Positions 1 to 7,711 of a DNA stretch of 44,593 bases are shown one piece after another. Positions within the stretch are counted from its first letter, which is position 1. Each line of letters starts with the position of its first letter. Source of the stretch: a virus (Duplodnaviria > Caudoviricetes); the IMG/VR virus record IMGVR_UViG_3300032226_000446, positions 1 to 44,593 of that record; one strand, written 5' to 3'. A program made the translations under genes and the position numbers. Under the pieces are notes generated by a model. The model did no database searches and was not told the DNA's origin. It saw nothing but the letters and a program-made list of their open reading frames with translations.

Positions 1-251
1 AACATCACTAGTGCTTCCTCTTTAAGGTATACGGCACTCTTCTCTGAATCCCATGCCCAAACAGGTTGGATCCCATCGAAGTTGTCAGCCCGAGCCAGTG
101 CTTGCTCTGCACTCGGACCAAACTGTGTCCAGAGCCAGTTGCGGACTCTGATCCACTGTTTGATCCTGACATCTGGACCACCGTAGAACTCAACCCTATG
201 CGTAAAGTAGTGATAGCCGTTGTAGTTGCGGGTGAGCTTGACTACATTCAT
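1..251 (-). CDS. hypothetical phage protein, runs off the window edge (MNVVKLTRNYNGYHYFTHRVEFYGG...)
   Basis: Translated by hand. Open frame from ATG at 251, overlapping the stop of 248..868 (ATGA), with no stop before position 1. Confidence 0.75.
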   Translation of the reverse strand, partial: MNVVKLTRNYNGYHYFTHRVEFYGGPDVRIKQWIRVRNWLWTQFGPSAEQALARADNFDGIQPVWAWDSEKSAVYLKEEALVM

Positions 252-868
252 TCTGCAATCAACTGAGCCTTCTTATCGGCTCCGTCCTTGATCCACTGTG
301 TGAGCTCTTCTTCGTTCTCAGCCTCGTATTCACGGATGCTTTCAGAGATCCCAAAGCATTCATCCAGCTCTGGATAGTCACGCTCGATGTCGTCGGCACT
401 CATGTCTTCGAGGCTGAAATCATCGCAGTTACCATCGCTGTAGGTGCCGGCAAAGGCCATACCACTCTCATAGAACTGTGCTTCTACTCGGAAGCCTAGT
501 GCTTCCAATTTAGCATAGGCATTCACAGGAGGGCTCCAAGCAGAGTCAAATGATGCATGTAGCATCCGGCCATCAGGGTGTATATCACTCTGACCTTGAC
601 CACCTACATCCCACTTGGTGCCCCACTCGCCCACGCAGTAGTCATACCAGTTGCCATAGCCATACTTCTTGACATTCTCAGCGGTCTTGCGTTCCAGTTC
701 TTTCTGTTCAACAGGATCACCCACGGATCCCGCAACGATCTGCAGATCTTCTGGCACTGGAATGAACTCTTGCAGGAACTCACAACGCTCAAGTGCGTTG
801 TGTGCTCGGGTGATCATCTCTGGATCATCATGTTCCAGCACTAAGTTGTTATTACACCAATTAGGCAT
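248..868 (-). CDS. DUF1281/Api92-like ferredoxin-fold domain protein
   Basis: MPNWCNN start, WYDY..EWGTKWD and FDSAWSPP motifs; own promoter and RBS. Confidence 0.75.
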   Translation of the reverse strand: MPNWCNNNLVLEHDDPEMITRAHNALERCEFLQEFIPVPEDLQIVAGSVGDPVEQKELERKTAENVKKYGYGNWYDYCVGEWGTKWDVGGQGQSDIHPDGRMLHASFDSAWSPPVNAYAKLEALGFRVEAQFYESGMAFAGTYSDGNCDDFSLEDMSADDIERDYPELDECFGISESIREYEAENEEELTQWIKDGADKKAQLIAE

Positions 869-880
869 ATTCGCTCCTTG

Positions 881-1066
881 TTAGTTTATATGTGTATTAT
901 ACAATCGATTTTCCACTTTGTCAACCAAATCGGTCTCTATACGGTTTATGTTCTTTTCACAGATCTGTGCCACGACTTTGAGGATCTTTCGCTGATCCCA
1001 AAGGGTGGTCTCGGATGATTCCAAGGCCTCAATGGCGGTCTTGAGATACTCTAAGTTAGTGACCAC
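881..1066 (-). CDS. hypothetical protein
   Basis: ORF track; abuts the upstream gene, with AAGGAG before the GTG start. Confidence 0.65.
   Translation of the reverse strand: MVTNLEYLKTAIEALESSETTLWDQRKILKVVAQICEKNINRIETDLVDKVENRLYNTHIN
896..924 (-). promoter_or_regulatory. sigma70 early promoter TTGACA-17-TATAAT
   Basis: -35 at 919-924, -10 at 896-901; lies inside the 3' end of ORF 881..1066; RBS GGAGCGAAT at 869-877. Confidence 0.9.
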
Positions 1067-1330
1067 TTAGGACTCCTTGATCATTTTGGCTAGGTGTTCA
1101 TTCTTCTGCTTCTGTGCTGTGCGTAGCAGTTGCTCGCGGATCTCGGCACGCTTGGCCTTGGGCAACATACTGATCACATCTCCCAACAACACCGTGTAGA
1201 CACCGCAGGCGTAGGCATAAGAACCATCGTGGTTCTCACGAGCAGCCTGCTCTAGCTCGTTGATGGCATCTCGAGTCTCACGGCACTCGTCTAGGTATTC
1301 GTTGAACTTCTGTTGTGCTGATTTAGGCAT
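1067..1330 (-). CDS. hypothetical protein
   Basis: ORF with GGAGCGAAT RBS and own promoter. Confidence 0.8.
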   Translation of the reverse strand: MPKSAQQKFNEYLDECRETRDAINELEQAARENHDGSYAYACGVYTVLLGDVISMLPKAKRAEIREQLLRTAQKQKNEHLAKMIKES

Positions 1331-1355
1331 ATTCGCTCCTTCTTAGTATGTGTAT

Positions 1356-1384
1356 ATTATAGCACCGTCAGCCCAAAACGTCAA
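1356..1384 (-). promoter_or_regulatory. sigma70 early promoter TTGACG-17-TATAAT
   Basis: -35 at 1379-1384, -10 at 1356-1361 with extended TG. Confidence 0.88.
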
Positions 1385-1589
1385 CCGATTTGTAGTCTTT
1401 AACCATACGGTACAAAGGGTCTAATTCTTCTACGTTCTCGAGCTCGAAATCGTCTGACAGCCAATCGATCCATTCCTCGTATTTGACATCAGCATCCCGG
1501 ACCAACTCACGTGCTTCCTCCTCGGATTCTGCTTCCACTTCAAAGGTCTCAGCCACGATACAGTTGCGCCAAAATGTAAACTTCTTCAT
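1368..1589 (-). CDS. hypothetical acidic protein
   Basis: ORF track; FEVEAESEEEA motif common in small phage proteins. Confidence 0.75.
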   Translation of the reverse strand: MKKFTFWRNCIVAETFEVEAESEEEARELVRDADVKYEEWIDWLSDDFELENVEELDPLYRMVKDYKSVDVLG

Positions 1590-1591
1590 AG

Positions 1592-1705
1592 TTACATTCC
1601 TGCGACTGTGGCCAGGCCAGCAGCAGTCAGCAGCAGCACTGTTTGGATGATGCCGGTAACCCAGCCCAGGTATGCTACTGTGATGATTCCAATGAGTTGT
1701 AACAT
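1592..1705 (-). CDS. 37-aa hydrophobic membrane microprotein (MLQLIGIITVAYLGWVTGIIQTVLLLTAAGLATVAGM)
   Basis: Not in ORF track; GGAGCGAA RBS at 1708-1715 and promoter at 1733-1761. Confidence 0.75.
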   Translation of the reverse strand: MLQLIGIITVAYLGWVTGIIQTVLLLTAAGLATVAGM

Positions 1706-1732
1706 AGTTCGCTCCTTTGTTCCAGTATTAGT

Positions 1733-1761
1733 AGTCTAACATCACCCGTCCAAACTGTCAA
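1733..1761 (-). promoter_or_regulatory. sigma70 early promoter TTGACA-17-TAGACT
   Basis: -35 at 1756-1761, -10 at 1733-1738. Confidence 0.8.
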
Positions 1762-1984
1762 CCTTTTGGGTGTTGCAAAATTGCCACATCTTTAGTTCGG
1801 CACCCGTTATCCCCAGCAAGACTCCCTCGAAGTCTCTGTAGCTGCAACAGGCATGAGCCCTGGGCCAACTCATGTAGCCTTCTAACACGGCCTTGTGATA
1901 TCTAGTCACAGCAGCTTTGGCGGGCCCTGGTTTTTTGTAGTATTTTACAAAGTTACCGTTATCGTCGTAGACTACCCATCCCAT
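1742..1984 (-). CDS. hypothetical protein
   Basis: ORF track; N-terminus (WVVYD...YKKPGPAKAAVTR) resembles that of 9952..10257. Confidence 0.75.
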   Translation of the reverse strand: MGWVVYDDNGNFVKYYKKPGPAKAAVTRYHKAVLEGYMSWPRAHACCSYRDFEGVLLGITGAELKMWQFCNTQKVDSLDG

Positions 1985-1986
1985 AA

Positions 1987-2082
1987 TTACTCCATGCTAA
2001 TGGCCAAAAAGGCCAAGATAAACGCCCATAGCAGATGTCCTGTGAGGACCAAAACAATTACTCCAACCCAAGCAGCGATCAT
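1987..2082 (-). CDS. 31-aa membrane microprotein (MIAAWVGVIVLVLTGHLLWAFILAFLAISME)
   Basis: Not in ORF track; ATGA overlap with the upstream gene, AAGGAG RBS, fills the gap. Confidence 0.65.
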   Translation of the reverse strand: MIAAWVGVIVLVLTGHLLWAFILAFLAISME

Positions 2083-2420
2083 ACCATCTCCTTAGTGTGT
2101 TTACAGTTGCCACGGAACGTGAATCCTGGGCAGGTACAGGTTTTGTCCTGGACATTTACCCAGTAAGAGTTACCCTTAGAACCCTTGACTTCCACAGTTG
2201 CATTCTCGGCTGCATTCTCTGGGATCTTGAATGGGTTGGGTTCTAAGCGTTCGAACTTGCGACCCCTACGATCGATCTTGATCTTGCCGCTGCTCCAACG
2301 AATCTCACCAGTGCCCCAAGGACGATAGGCCACGATCTTGTCGCCATCTAGCAGGTAGTCGTGGTTAGGAGTCTGGTAGGTTATCCCGGTCCACTCAGTG
2401 ATCTCACGCACAGCTTCCAT
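2079..2420 (-). CDS. SWIM zinc-finger protein
   Basis: C-terminal GSKGNSYWV...CTCPGFTFRGNCKH; start moved to MEAVRE (2420). Confidence 0.75.
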   Translation of the reverse strand: MEAVREITEWTGITYQTPNHDYLLDGDKIVAYRPWGTGEIRWSSGKIKIDRRGRKFERLEPNPFKIPENAAENATVEVKGSKGNSYWVNVQDKTCTCPGFTFRGNCKHTKEMV

Positions 2421-2509
2421 CACTGCACCCACAGGCAGACCGCTATGATCTGTACAGCGACAATCAAGCCTAGACCTACTGCCAATCTGATTTGGGTTTG
2501 TGGTTCCAT
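2420..2509 (-). CDS. 29-aa membrane microprotein (MEPQTQIRLAVGLGLIVAVQIIAVCLWVQ)
   Basis: Not in ORF track; TAATG and TGATG couplings on both sides. Confidence 0.6.
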   Translation of the reverse strand: MEPQTQIRLAVGLGLIVAVQIIAVCLWVQ

Positions 2510-2775
2510 TAGCGCCAATCCTTCTTGTCACCGAACCGCTCGTTGTAGTTGTAGCCCGCCATGTATTCATCTACGGAGGCTTTGTCATGTACACGCACAC
2601 GCTCACCCGAATCACCACCAACTCCACCGTAGTGTGGCGCAGGTTGACGTCCGTAGTAGGAATCGGCACTGCCACGATCATACAGGCAACCGTGTTGCTT
2701 GCGATCCCACTGCCATCCTTTGAGAGCACTAACAATACGCTCTTGTTCTGTTTGGTTTTCTAATTTGAAATACAT
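2509..2775 (-). CDS. conserved hypothetical phage protein
   Basis: HG..YDRGSADSYYGR...PHY and EYMAGY...GDKKDW motifs; GGAGCGAA RBS. Confidence 0.8.
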   Translation of the reverse strand: MYFKLENQTEQERIVSALKGWQWDRKQHGCLYDRGSADSYYGRQPAPHYGGVGGDSGERVRVHDKASVDEYMAGYNYNERFGDKKDWR

Positions 2776-2804
2776 CTTCGCTCCTATTATCTAACTATGA
2801 CTAT

Positions 2805-2833
2805 AGTATAGCACCAAGCATCCAAACTGTCAA
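2805..2833 (-). promoter_or_regulatory. sigma70 early promoter TTGACA-17-TATACT
   Basis: -35 at 2828-2833, -10 at 2805-2810. Confidence 0.88.
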
Positions 2834-2838
2834 CCAAT

Positions 2839-3036
2839 TTAATCTAGCCAACAATCCCTAGCCGACTGTACGGTTTTATCCTGCCCACCAATATAGCCAC
2901 CCTCAAACCCGTTAGGGCCCGCTTCCAGGAACAGTCTGTCCCCTTCTATGCGGTAGATCCTGCCCGACTGCTCGATATCGCATTTAAACGACACCCAGTC
3001 TCCGACCCTAACGATCTGTCCGTCTATGGTAGCCAT
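2839..3036 (-). CDS. hypothetical protein (small beta-barrel-like)
   Basis: ORF track; coupled to the upstream stop. Confidence 0.7.
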   Translation of the reverse strand: MATIDGQIVRVGDWVSFKCDIEQSGRIYRIEGDRLFLEAGPNGFEGGYIGGQDKTVQSARDCWLD

Positions 3037-3383
3037 TAGTCCAACCTCGAACCAGCGTAGGCTTCAAAGCCATAACGTTTGAACACGGCCGCAGCAGCCT
3101 CAGCACCCTTCTCGAGTGTGTCTACGTTCTGGCAGCCGAAGTTGCTGGGGTTCCACATCTGTAGACCGCCTGAGTAGCTAGGACGGATGTCGCACTCTTT
3201 CAATGCGCGACCGATCTTGGTGTTGCCTTTGACACCGTAGATGTTGACCCAGGCAAAGCCACATGCGAACTGATCTTGGCCTCCCAAGACTCGATCAAAG
3301 TATTCACGTGCCGCTGCATGTGCAGCTGTCTTGGCTTCTTGGACGATTGCAGGGATCTGCTCAGGGGTTGCAGTGATAGTCAT
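3036..3383 (-). CDS. conserved hypothetical phage protein
   Basis: CGFAWV...QNVDTLEKGAEA...SRLD motifs; start moved to MTITAT behind the GGAGCGAA RBS. Confidence 0.8.
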   Translation of the reverse strand: MTITATPEQIPAIVQEAKTAAHAAAREYFDRVLGGQDQFACGFAWVNIYGVKGNTKIGRALKECDIRPSYSGGLQMWNPSNFGCQNVDTLEKGAEAAAAVFKRYGFEAYAGSRLD

Positions 3384-3414
3384 CTTTCGCTCCTTTGTGT
3401 TAAACAATACCTAT

Positions 3415-3443
3415 AGTATAGCACCATGGGTCTAGTCTGTCAA
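3415..3443 (-). promoter_or_regulatory. sigma70 early promoter TTGACA-17-TATACT
   Basis: -35 at 3438-3443, -10 at 3415-3420. Confidence 0.88.
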
Positions 3444-3456
3444 CTTTGGAAAGACC

Positions 3457-3786
3457 CTACTTGCGTCTGGGTTTTAATAGAGCCTGCGCTTCTTTGCGCA
3501 GTTGCCCAGCTTCTCGGTACATCCTATCAGCAGCCTGGGTGAGTTCACGTGATCGTTCCTGGGACATCTTGGTGCCACTGAACTCTCGATCCACGTAGTG
3601 CGCGATCAATGAATTCTTAATCATTGTTGGTAGGTCGTGTCCGTAGTCCTCTGGACAGATGAACCGAACAGGACAGCGACCCCACCCACCGTGCTCCACA
3701 AACTCTGCGTAGTAGCGTCTATGATCTTTATTAGTTGGATCAAACGCCACTAACGGCCTGAGTTTGTACTCTAGTTTGCTCATCAA
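3457..3786 (-). CDS. hypothetical protein
   Basis: ORF track; last gene in a chain of overlapping genes. Confidence 0.75.
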   Translation of the reverse strand: MMSKLEYKLRPLVAFDPTNKDHRRYYAEFVEHGGWGRCPVRFICPEDYGHDLPTMIKNSLIAHYVDREFSGTKMSQERSRELTQAADRMYREAGQLRKEAQALLKPRRK

Positions 3787-3947
3787 CTGTTTACAGTGTC
3801 GTGAGGGTCATAGCTGATAATGTCAAGGCCCGTGATCTCTTCAATTTCGGGAGTGTCAATCCGGGCACTGAGCCAATCATCGATGTCGTCTAGTTGACCT
3901 TCTTCATTGTAGGTAGGATCTTCAACGATCATTCCAAATCGGCTCAT
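3783..3947 (-). CDS. 54-aa acidic hypothetical protein (MSRFGMIVEDPTYNEEGQLDDIDDWL...)
   Basis: Not in ORF track; start and stop overlap both neighbours. Confidence 0.65.
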   Translation of the reverse strand: MSRFGMIVEDPTYNEEGQLDDIDDWLSARIDTPEIEEITGLDIISYDPHDTVNS

Positions 3948-4072
3948 CGTGCGATCTCCACAGACTTCTCTTTGACTGTGTCAACACCTTTGTCCAGCAT
4001 ACGAGCAATTCCTGAGAATCCCACTGTGGCCAATACTAGACCAAATACGGTACCTATGATAAACATCTTCAT
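3944..4072 (-). CDS. 42-aa membrane microprotein (MKMFIIGTVFGLVLATVGFSGIARMLDKGVDTVKEKSVEIAR)
   Basis: Not in ORF track; ATGA overlaps; AAGGAG RBS. Confidence 0.7.
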   Translation of the reverse strand: MKMFIIGTVFGLVLATVGFSGIARMLDKGVDTVKEKSVEIAR

Positions 4073-4218
4073 ACAGACTCCTTGTCTTCAACGTTGGGTT
4101 GAGGGTTGTTACGATTCTTAAAGCGATACCAGAGCATTTGGGGAATGCCCATGCGCCAGGCATACATAAAATCCATTACAATCATACCTGCTACGAATGC
4201 TAAGACTAGTTCCATCAT
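4069..4218 (-). CDS. 49-aa membrane microprotein (MMELVLAFVAGMIVMDFMYAWRMGIPQMLWYRFKNR...)
   Basis: Not in ORF track; AAGGAGCG RBS and promoter at 4250-4278. Confidence 0.7.
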   Translation of the reverse strand: MMELVLAFVAGMIVMDFMYAWRMGIPQMLWYRFKNRNNPQPNVEDKESV

Positions 4219-4249
4219 ATACCGCTCCTTCTTGTGTGTCAGTGTTTAT

Positions 4250-4278
4250 ATTATACGACCAATCTATCTATCTGTCAA
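4250..4278 (-). promoter_or_regulatory. sigma70 early promoter TTGACA-17-TATAAT
   Basis: -35 at 4273-4278, -10 at 4250-4255. Confidence 0.88.
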
Positions 4279-4432
4279 ATCCTAGAGCTACGCACACACA
4301 TAGCAGCGGGGTCTGTGGCAGAAAAACCACAACCCCTGGCACTCTTGTATAGGTGGGCGCAGAATTGGCTCGCGACTGATTCATCTGCTTTAAGGTTGTA
4401 GCCTAGGACTGCCAACAACCACCCGTAGAACA

Positions 4433-5641
4433 TTAAGCCGTCTCCCGCTCGTAGATCACAGTCTGACCAAAGGGTGCTTCTGCTTCTCTGTTACCTTTGA
4501 CGATAAAGATCGTATCGCAGTAATCAGGGTCACCCCAACTACCACAGGGGTAGCCGTCTGTGAACATAATGAACTTCTTAGGAGCAATGCCGTTATCTTT
4601 CATGTAGGTCCAATTGACTTCAAAGTCTGTGCCACCACCACCCTGAGGTTCGTATTCCTCTAGATCATGCCCATTGTCATGTGTGATCTCCTTGTGGTTA
4701 TAGATCTCTGTGTCAAAGCACCACAGGTTGATCTTGAAGTCCTCGTACTGGTCCATGATGCCCTTGACTTCACTGAGAAATACAGTTGCATCCTCTTGCC
4801 CAATCGAACCCGACATATCAATACCAATGCCTACGTCAATGGTAGTGGCTTCTTTCATTCCGGGCAAGACTGCTCCACTGTGCATACTCTTACGATTCAC
4901 CCGTTGGAAGGAATAGTCATTTCGAACGATGCTTTGAATCTCTTGTTGCACCAACTGACGCCAGTCCATCTTAGGCTCAGTCAAGTCCTTGATCATACGC
5001 ATAATACCTGCAGGAGTCTTGCCTGCACCTGCGGCCGCGGCACTCTGGATCATAGCCTGCTTGATCTCATCACGGATGGCCTGTGCTTCTTCTTTGGTCA
5101 TGCCGGGCTTGCCTTTGCCCTCGCCTTCTTTGTCTTCTTTACCCGGACCCGACCCATCTTCGTTGATGTGCTCATCTAAGAGATCACCTAGTTGTTTCAT
5201 CAGTTCGGGCAGACTGATCTTCTCCGCCTTCTCCCACAGATCATCATAGATCTCTTCCCATGCTTTACCACGGTACTTTGAATCGTAGCAGATCTGAACT
5301 TCAGTGATCTTCTCACCAATACGCTCGTCTACAAGGATTTGATTGACGGCATAGTCCTGTGCGATGTTGCTGAGCTGGCGATCGCGACTACCTACACGAC
5401 CAAAGTGATCAAACACGCAGTGACAGATCTCATGGCCGAACAGGAACTCTAGTTTCTTCACCGAGAGCTTCTCAACGAACTTCTTATTGTAATAGAAGTT
5501 TCTGCCATTAGTAGCGGCGGTAGGGCACCAGTCCGATGCATCAATCAGTTGCATACGAGTTGCCATGTTGCCAAAGAATGGTGCTTTGAGCAGAAGTCCT
5601 ACTCGGGCAGTAATCAATTTTTCGACGATTTGATCTTGCAT
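4433..5641 (-). CDS. DUF2201-type putative metallopeptidase + VWA domain protein
   Basis: TAATNG...HEICH (HExxH), IDMSGS MIDAS motif, GGGGTDF, FTDGY; adjacent to an AAA ATPase. Confidence 0.88.
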   Translation of the reverse strand: MQDQIVEKLITARVGLLLKAPFFGNMATRMQLIDASDWCPTAATNGRNFYYNKKFVEKLSVKKLEFLFGHEICHCVFDHFGRVGSRDRQLSNIAQDYAVNQILVDERIGEKITEVQICYDSKYRGKAWEEIYDDLWEKAEKISLPELMKQLGDLLDEHINEDGSGPGKEDKEGEGKGKPGMTKEEAQAIRDEIKQAMIQSAAAAGAGKTPAGIMRMIKDLTEPKMDWRQLVQQEIQSIVRNDYSFQRVNRKSMHSGAVLPGMKEATTIDVGIGIDMSGSIGQEDATVFLSEVKGIMDQYEDFKINLWCFDTEIYNHKEITHDNGHDLEEYEPQGGGGTDFEVNWTYMKDNGIAPKKFIMFTDGYPCGSWGDPDYCDTIFIVKGNREAEAPFGQTVIYERETA

Positions 5642-5670
5642 AATGTTCGCTCTCCTAACTGTATGTATAT

Positions 5671-5699
5671 ATTATAGCACCGCCCGGCACTTCTGTCAA
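5671..5699 (-). promoter_or_regulatory. sigma70 early promoter TTGACA-17-TATAAT
   Basis: -35 at 5694-5699, -10 at 5671-5676. Confidence 0.88.
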
Positions 5700-5701
5700 C
5701 C

Positions 5702-5741
5702 AAAAAGGTGGGCGGGTAGCCCTGAGAAAGCCCCCGCCCCT
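5702..5741 (-). terminator. probable intrinsic terminator after the AAA ATPase gene
   Basis: GGGCGGG...CCCGCCC stem followed by ACCUUUUU on the minus strand. Confidence 0.6.
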
Positions 5742-5755
5742 GCTATGGCGAGGTC

Positions 5756-6841
5756 TTAATTCTCCATAGCACTCAAAACATACTTACCGAAACGCTTGTG
5801 GAACTCGTCGAAGGATTTCATCTTCGTAGCGTCCAGGGGCAGGTTGTAGTTGGTAAGGGCTGTCTTGGCGCCCATCACAACCAACTCTGTTGGGAAATTG
5901 TCCATCATATAGCGGAAGAAGCGATCAGCCATATCGTCCCAGGTCTTGGTCTTCTTCTCTGCACGGTCCTTGAGCTCATAGCAGAGGCTAACCGTCAAAG
6001 AATACATCGCTGACACTTCTTTGACCTGCAGGTCCTTGACCTTACCGTCGAGGATGTCCTCTGCCTTAGGCAGTTTAGACGCAATCTTACGATGAGCCAT
6101 AAACTTTACAGCCAGGCCATCGCCTACGGCACCCGCGATCAAGTTGTGCAGGGTTTCAGTATCAGAATCATCATCATTGAGCAGATCGCTGACGAACACC
6201 CATGAGCGTGGAGTTGCGAAGCTCTTGCTAGGGCTCTTAGGATCAAAGTCATACAAGTCCTGCTTGGCAAAACCTACATAACCTACGACTTCTGGATGCA
6301 CCTTGTTGAGCGTAGCCCAGTCCTGGAAGTCATCAAAGTCCACTTTCATTTCCAAGTGAACGAATCGGTTAGCCAACGGAGCAGGCATACGATAGGTAAC
6401 ACCACGATCACCTTCACGGTTACCTGCGGCGACCACATCAACACCCTTGGGCAATTGATAGGTACCAACACGTCGGTTTAGGATCAACTGATAGGCCGCG
6501 GCCTGGACAGCCGGAGGAGCAGAGTTTAATTCATCTAAGAAGATGATAGCAGTAGACTCGGAGTCCACAGGAAGTTCTGCAGGGGGAGCCCAAACCATCT
6601 TGCCCTGATCGGCATTGTAATAAGGAATACCTTTGATGTCTGTGGGTTCCCACAATGCTAGGCGCACGTCGATGACTTCACGACCTAGATCGTCACCGAT
6701 CTGCTTGACTACGTCACTCTTACCAATACCTGGAGGACCCCACAGAAATGTTGGACGGCGCACCTTCAGTGCTTTACGAATCGCCTTCTTGGCGCTCTTA
6801 GGACCGCATTGGCGGATGCTAATATCTGTAGACTTGCTCAT
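5756..6841 (-). CDS. MoxR/dynein-related AAA+ ATPase
   Basis: Walker A GPPGIGKS, Walker B IIFLDE, AAGNR, LANRF, ATPRSW. Confidence 0.9.
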   Translation of the reverse strand: MSKSTDISIRQCGPKSAKKAIRKALKVRRPTFLWGPPGIGKSDVVKQIGDDLGREVIDVRLALWEPTDIKGIPYYNADQGKMVWAPPAELPVDSESTAIIFLDELNSAPPAVQAAAYQLILNRRVGTYQLPKGVDVVAAGNREGDRGVTYRMPAPLANRFVHLEMKVDFDDFQDWATLNKVHPEVVGYVGFAKQDLYDFDPKSPSKSFATPRSWVFVSDLLNDDDSDTETLHNLIAGAVGDGLAVKFMAHRKIASKLPKAEDILDGKVKDLQVKEVSAMYSLTVSLCYELKDRAEKKTKTWDDMADRFFRYMMDNFPTELVVMGAKTALTNYNLPLDATKMKSFDEFHKRFGKYVLSAMEN

Positions 6842-6874
6842 TTAAGACCTCCTAGTTAGTTTCTCAGTATCATA

Positions 6875-6903
6875 AGTATAGCACCAAACACTCACCCTGT
6901 CAA
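6875..6903 (-). promoter_or_regulatory. sigma70 early promoter TTGACA-17-TATACT
   Basis: -35 at 6898-6903, -10 at 6875-6880. Confidence 0.88.
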
Positions 6904-7535
6904 CTCACGATCTTTACATAGTTGAGCTGTGTTGTTTTATCGCCACGCTGACGTTTGATCTTGCCCTTGACCGTTAGCTCCCCTTTAAGCTCCTTGGTGA
7001 ACCAGAAGTCTACGAAGCTTTCACCCATACGGGCCGTGATCTTGTGCTTGTTGTACTCATTGCTAAATCGGGTGTTAATCACGTGGATCTCACCTTGAAT
7101 AGTGTCCCCTTCAGCTCCCCGGAGCTGTTCCGAGGCATAGACTTCACGTTTGATCTCTTGACGAGTTTGATCACGATGGGCCACAGATGGCAAGCAGCTA
7201 ATCACAGCGAAATCGTACATATCTCGGCCCGTGAATACATCCTTGGCTGCGATCTTCATTGCGGTCTTTTGGAATTCGTTGAGCTGTCCAGTCAGGGCCA
7301 ACAGCGTATAAGACTTGAAGTGATCCCGGGCGCTGCGGCCAGCAGCATAGTCTGCCTCAGTGACTTCTACGAAATTGTTGGTTCTGAGCCAGTCCTTGAC
7401 CAGGCTCTTGTTGGCTCGCTTTTCGAGGAAGGCTGCCGGTGAATTGTGATTCCAGACATCTTCTTTGAAGTAGCCTCCGTTGACACGCTGCGCGGCAGCA
7501 GCACAAGCCCAGACTTGATCAGCAGTGAATTCCAT
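6900..7535 (-). CDS. hypothetical protein with possible C-terminal OB-fold
   Basis: Start moved to MEFTAD behind the GGAGCGAA RBS; C-terminal TVKGKIK...TQLNYVK. Confidence 0.75.
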   Translation of the reverse strand: MEFTADQVWACAAAAQRVNGGYFKEDVWNHNSPAAFLEKRANKSLVKDWLRTNNFVEVTEADYAAGRSARDHFKSYTLLALTGQLNEFQKTAMKIAAKDVFTGRDMYDFAVISCLPSVAHRDQTRQEIKREVYASEQLRGAEGDTIQGEIHVINTRFSNEYNKHKITARMGESFVDFWFTKELKGELTVKGKIKRQRGDKTTQLNYVKIVS

Positions 7536-7563
7536 AGTTCGCTCCGTGTTCTTCATTGTCTCT

Positions 7564-7592
7564 ATTATATAGCCGAGCGCCCAAACTGTCAA
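7564..7592 (-). promoter_or_regulatory. sigma70 early promoter TTGACA-17-TATAAT
   Basis: -35 at 7587-7592, -10 at 7564-7569. Confidence 0.85.
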
Positions 7593-7637
7593 CTGGAGAG
7601 AGTGCCGGTGGTGTGGCTTTTCTACAACACTAGGGTC

Positions 7638-7667
7638 AAAAAGAAAGGCCGCATATAGCGACCTTCC
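7638..7667 (-). terminator. intrinsic terminator
   Basis: GGAAGGUCGC-UAUAU-GCGGCCUUUC followed by UUUUU. Confidence 0.8.
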
Positions 7668-7705
7668 TCAAACCGCCCCGGGAGCGAATCGGCTTGGTTT
7701 GAAAA
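7638..7705 (-). ncRNA. candidate 3'UTR-derived antisense sRNA whose loop (AUUCGCUCC) is complementary to early-gene RBSs
   Basis: Stem formed by 7696-7702 and 7668-7674 (UCAAACC/GGUUUGA); inner CCG/CGG stem; loop is the reverse complement of GGAGCGAAU; terminator follows. Confidence 0.55.
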
Positions 7706-7711
7706 TAGACC

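Noticed and set aside
4352-4425. Twister ribozyme (GUCCUAGGC resembles its loop 4)
   Set aside because: I could not place the required UAA cleavage-site context or the pseudoknot partners; kept only as an unclassified structure.
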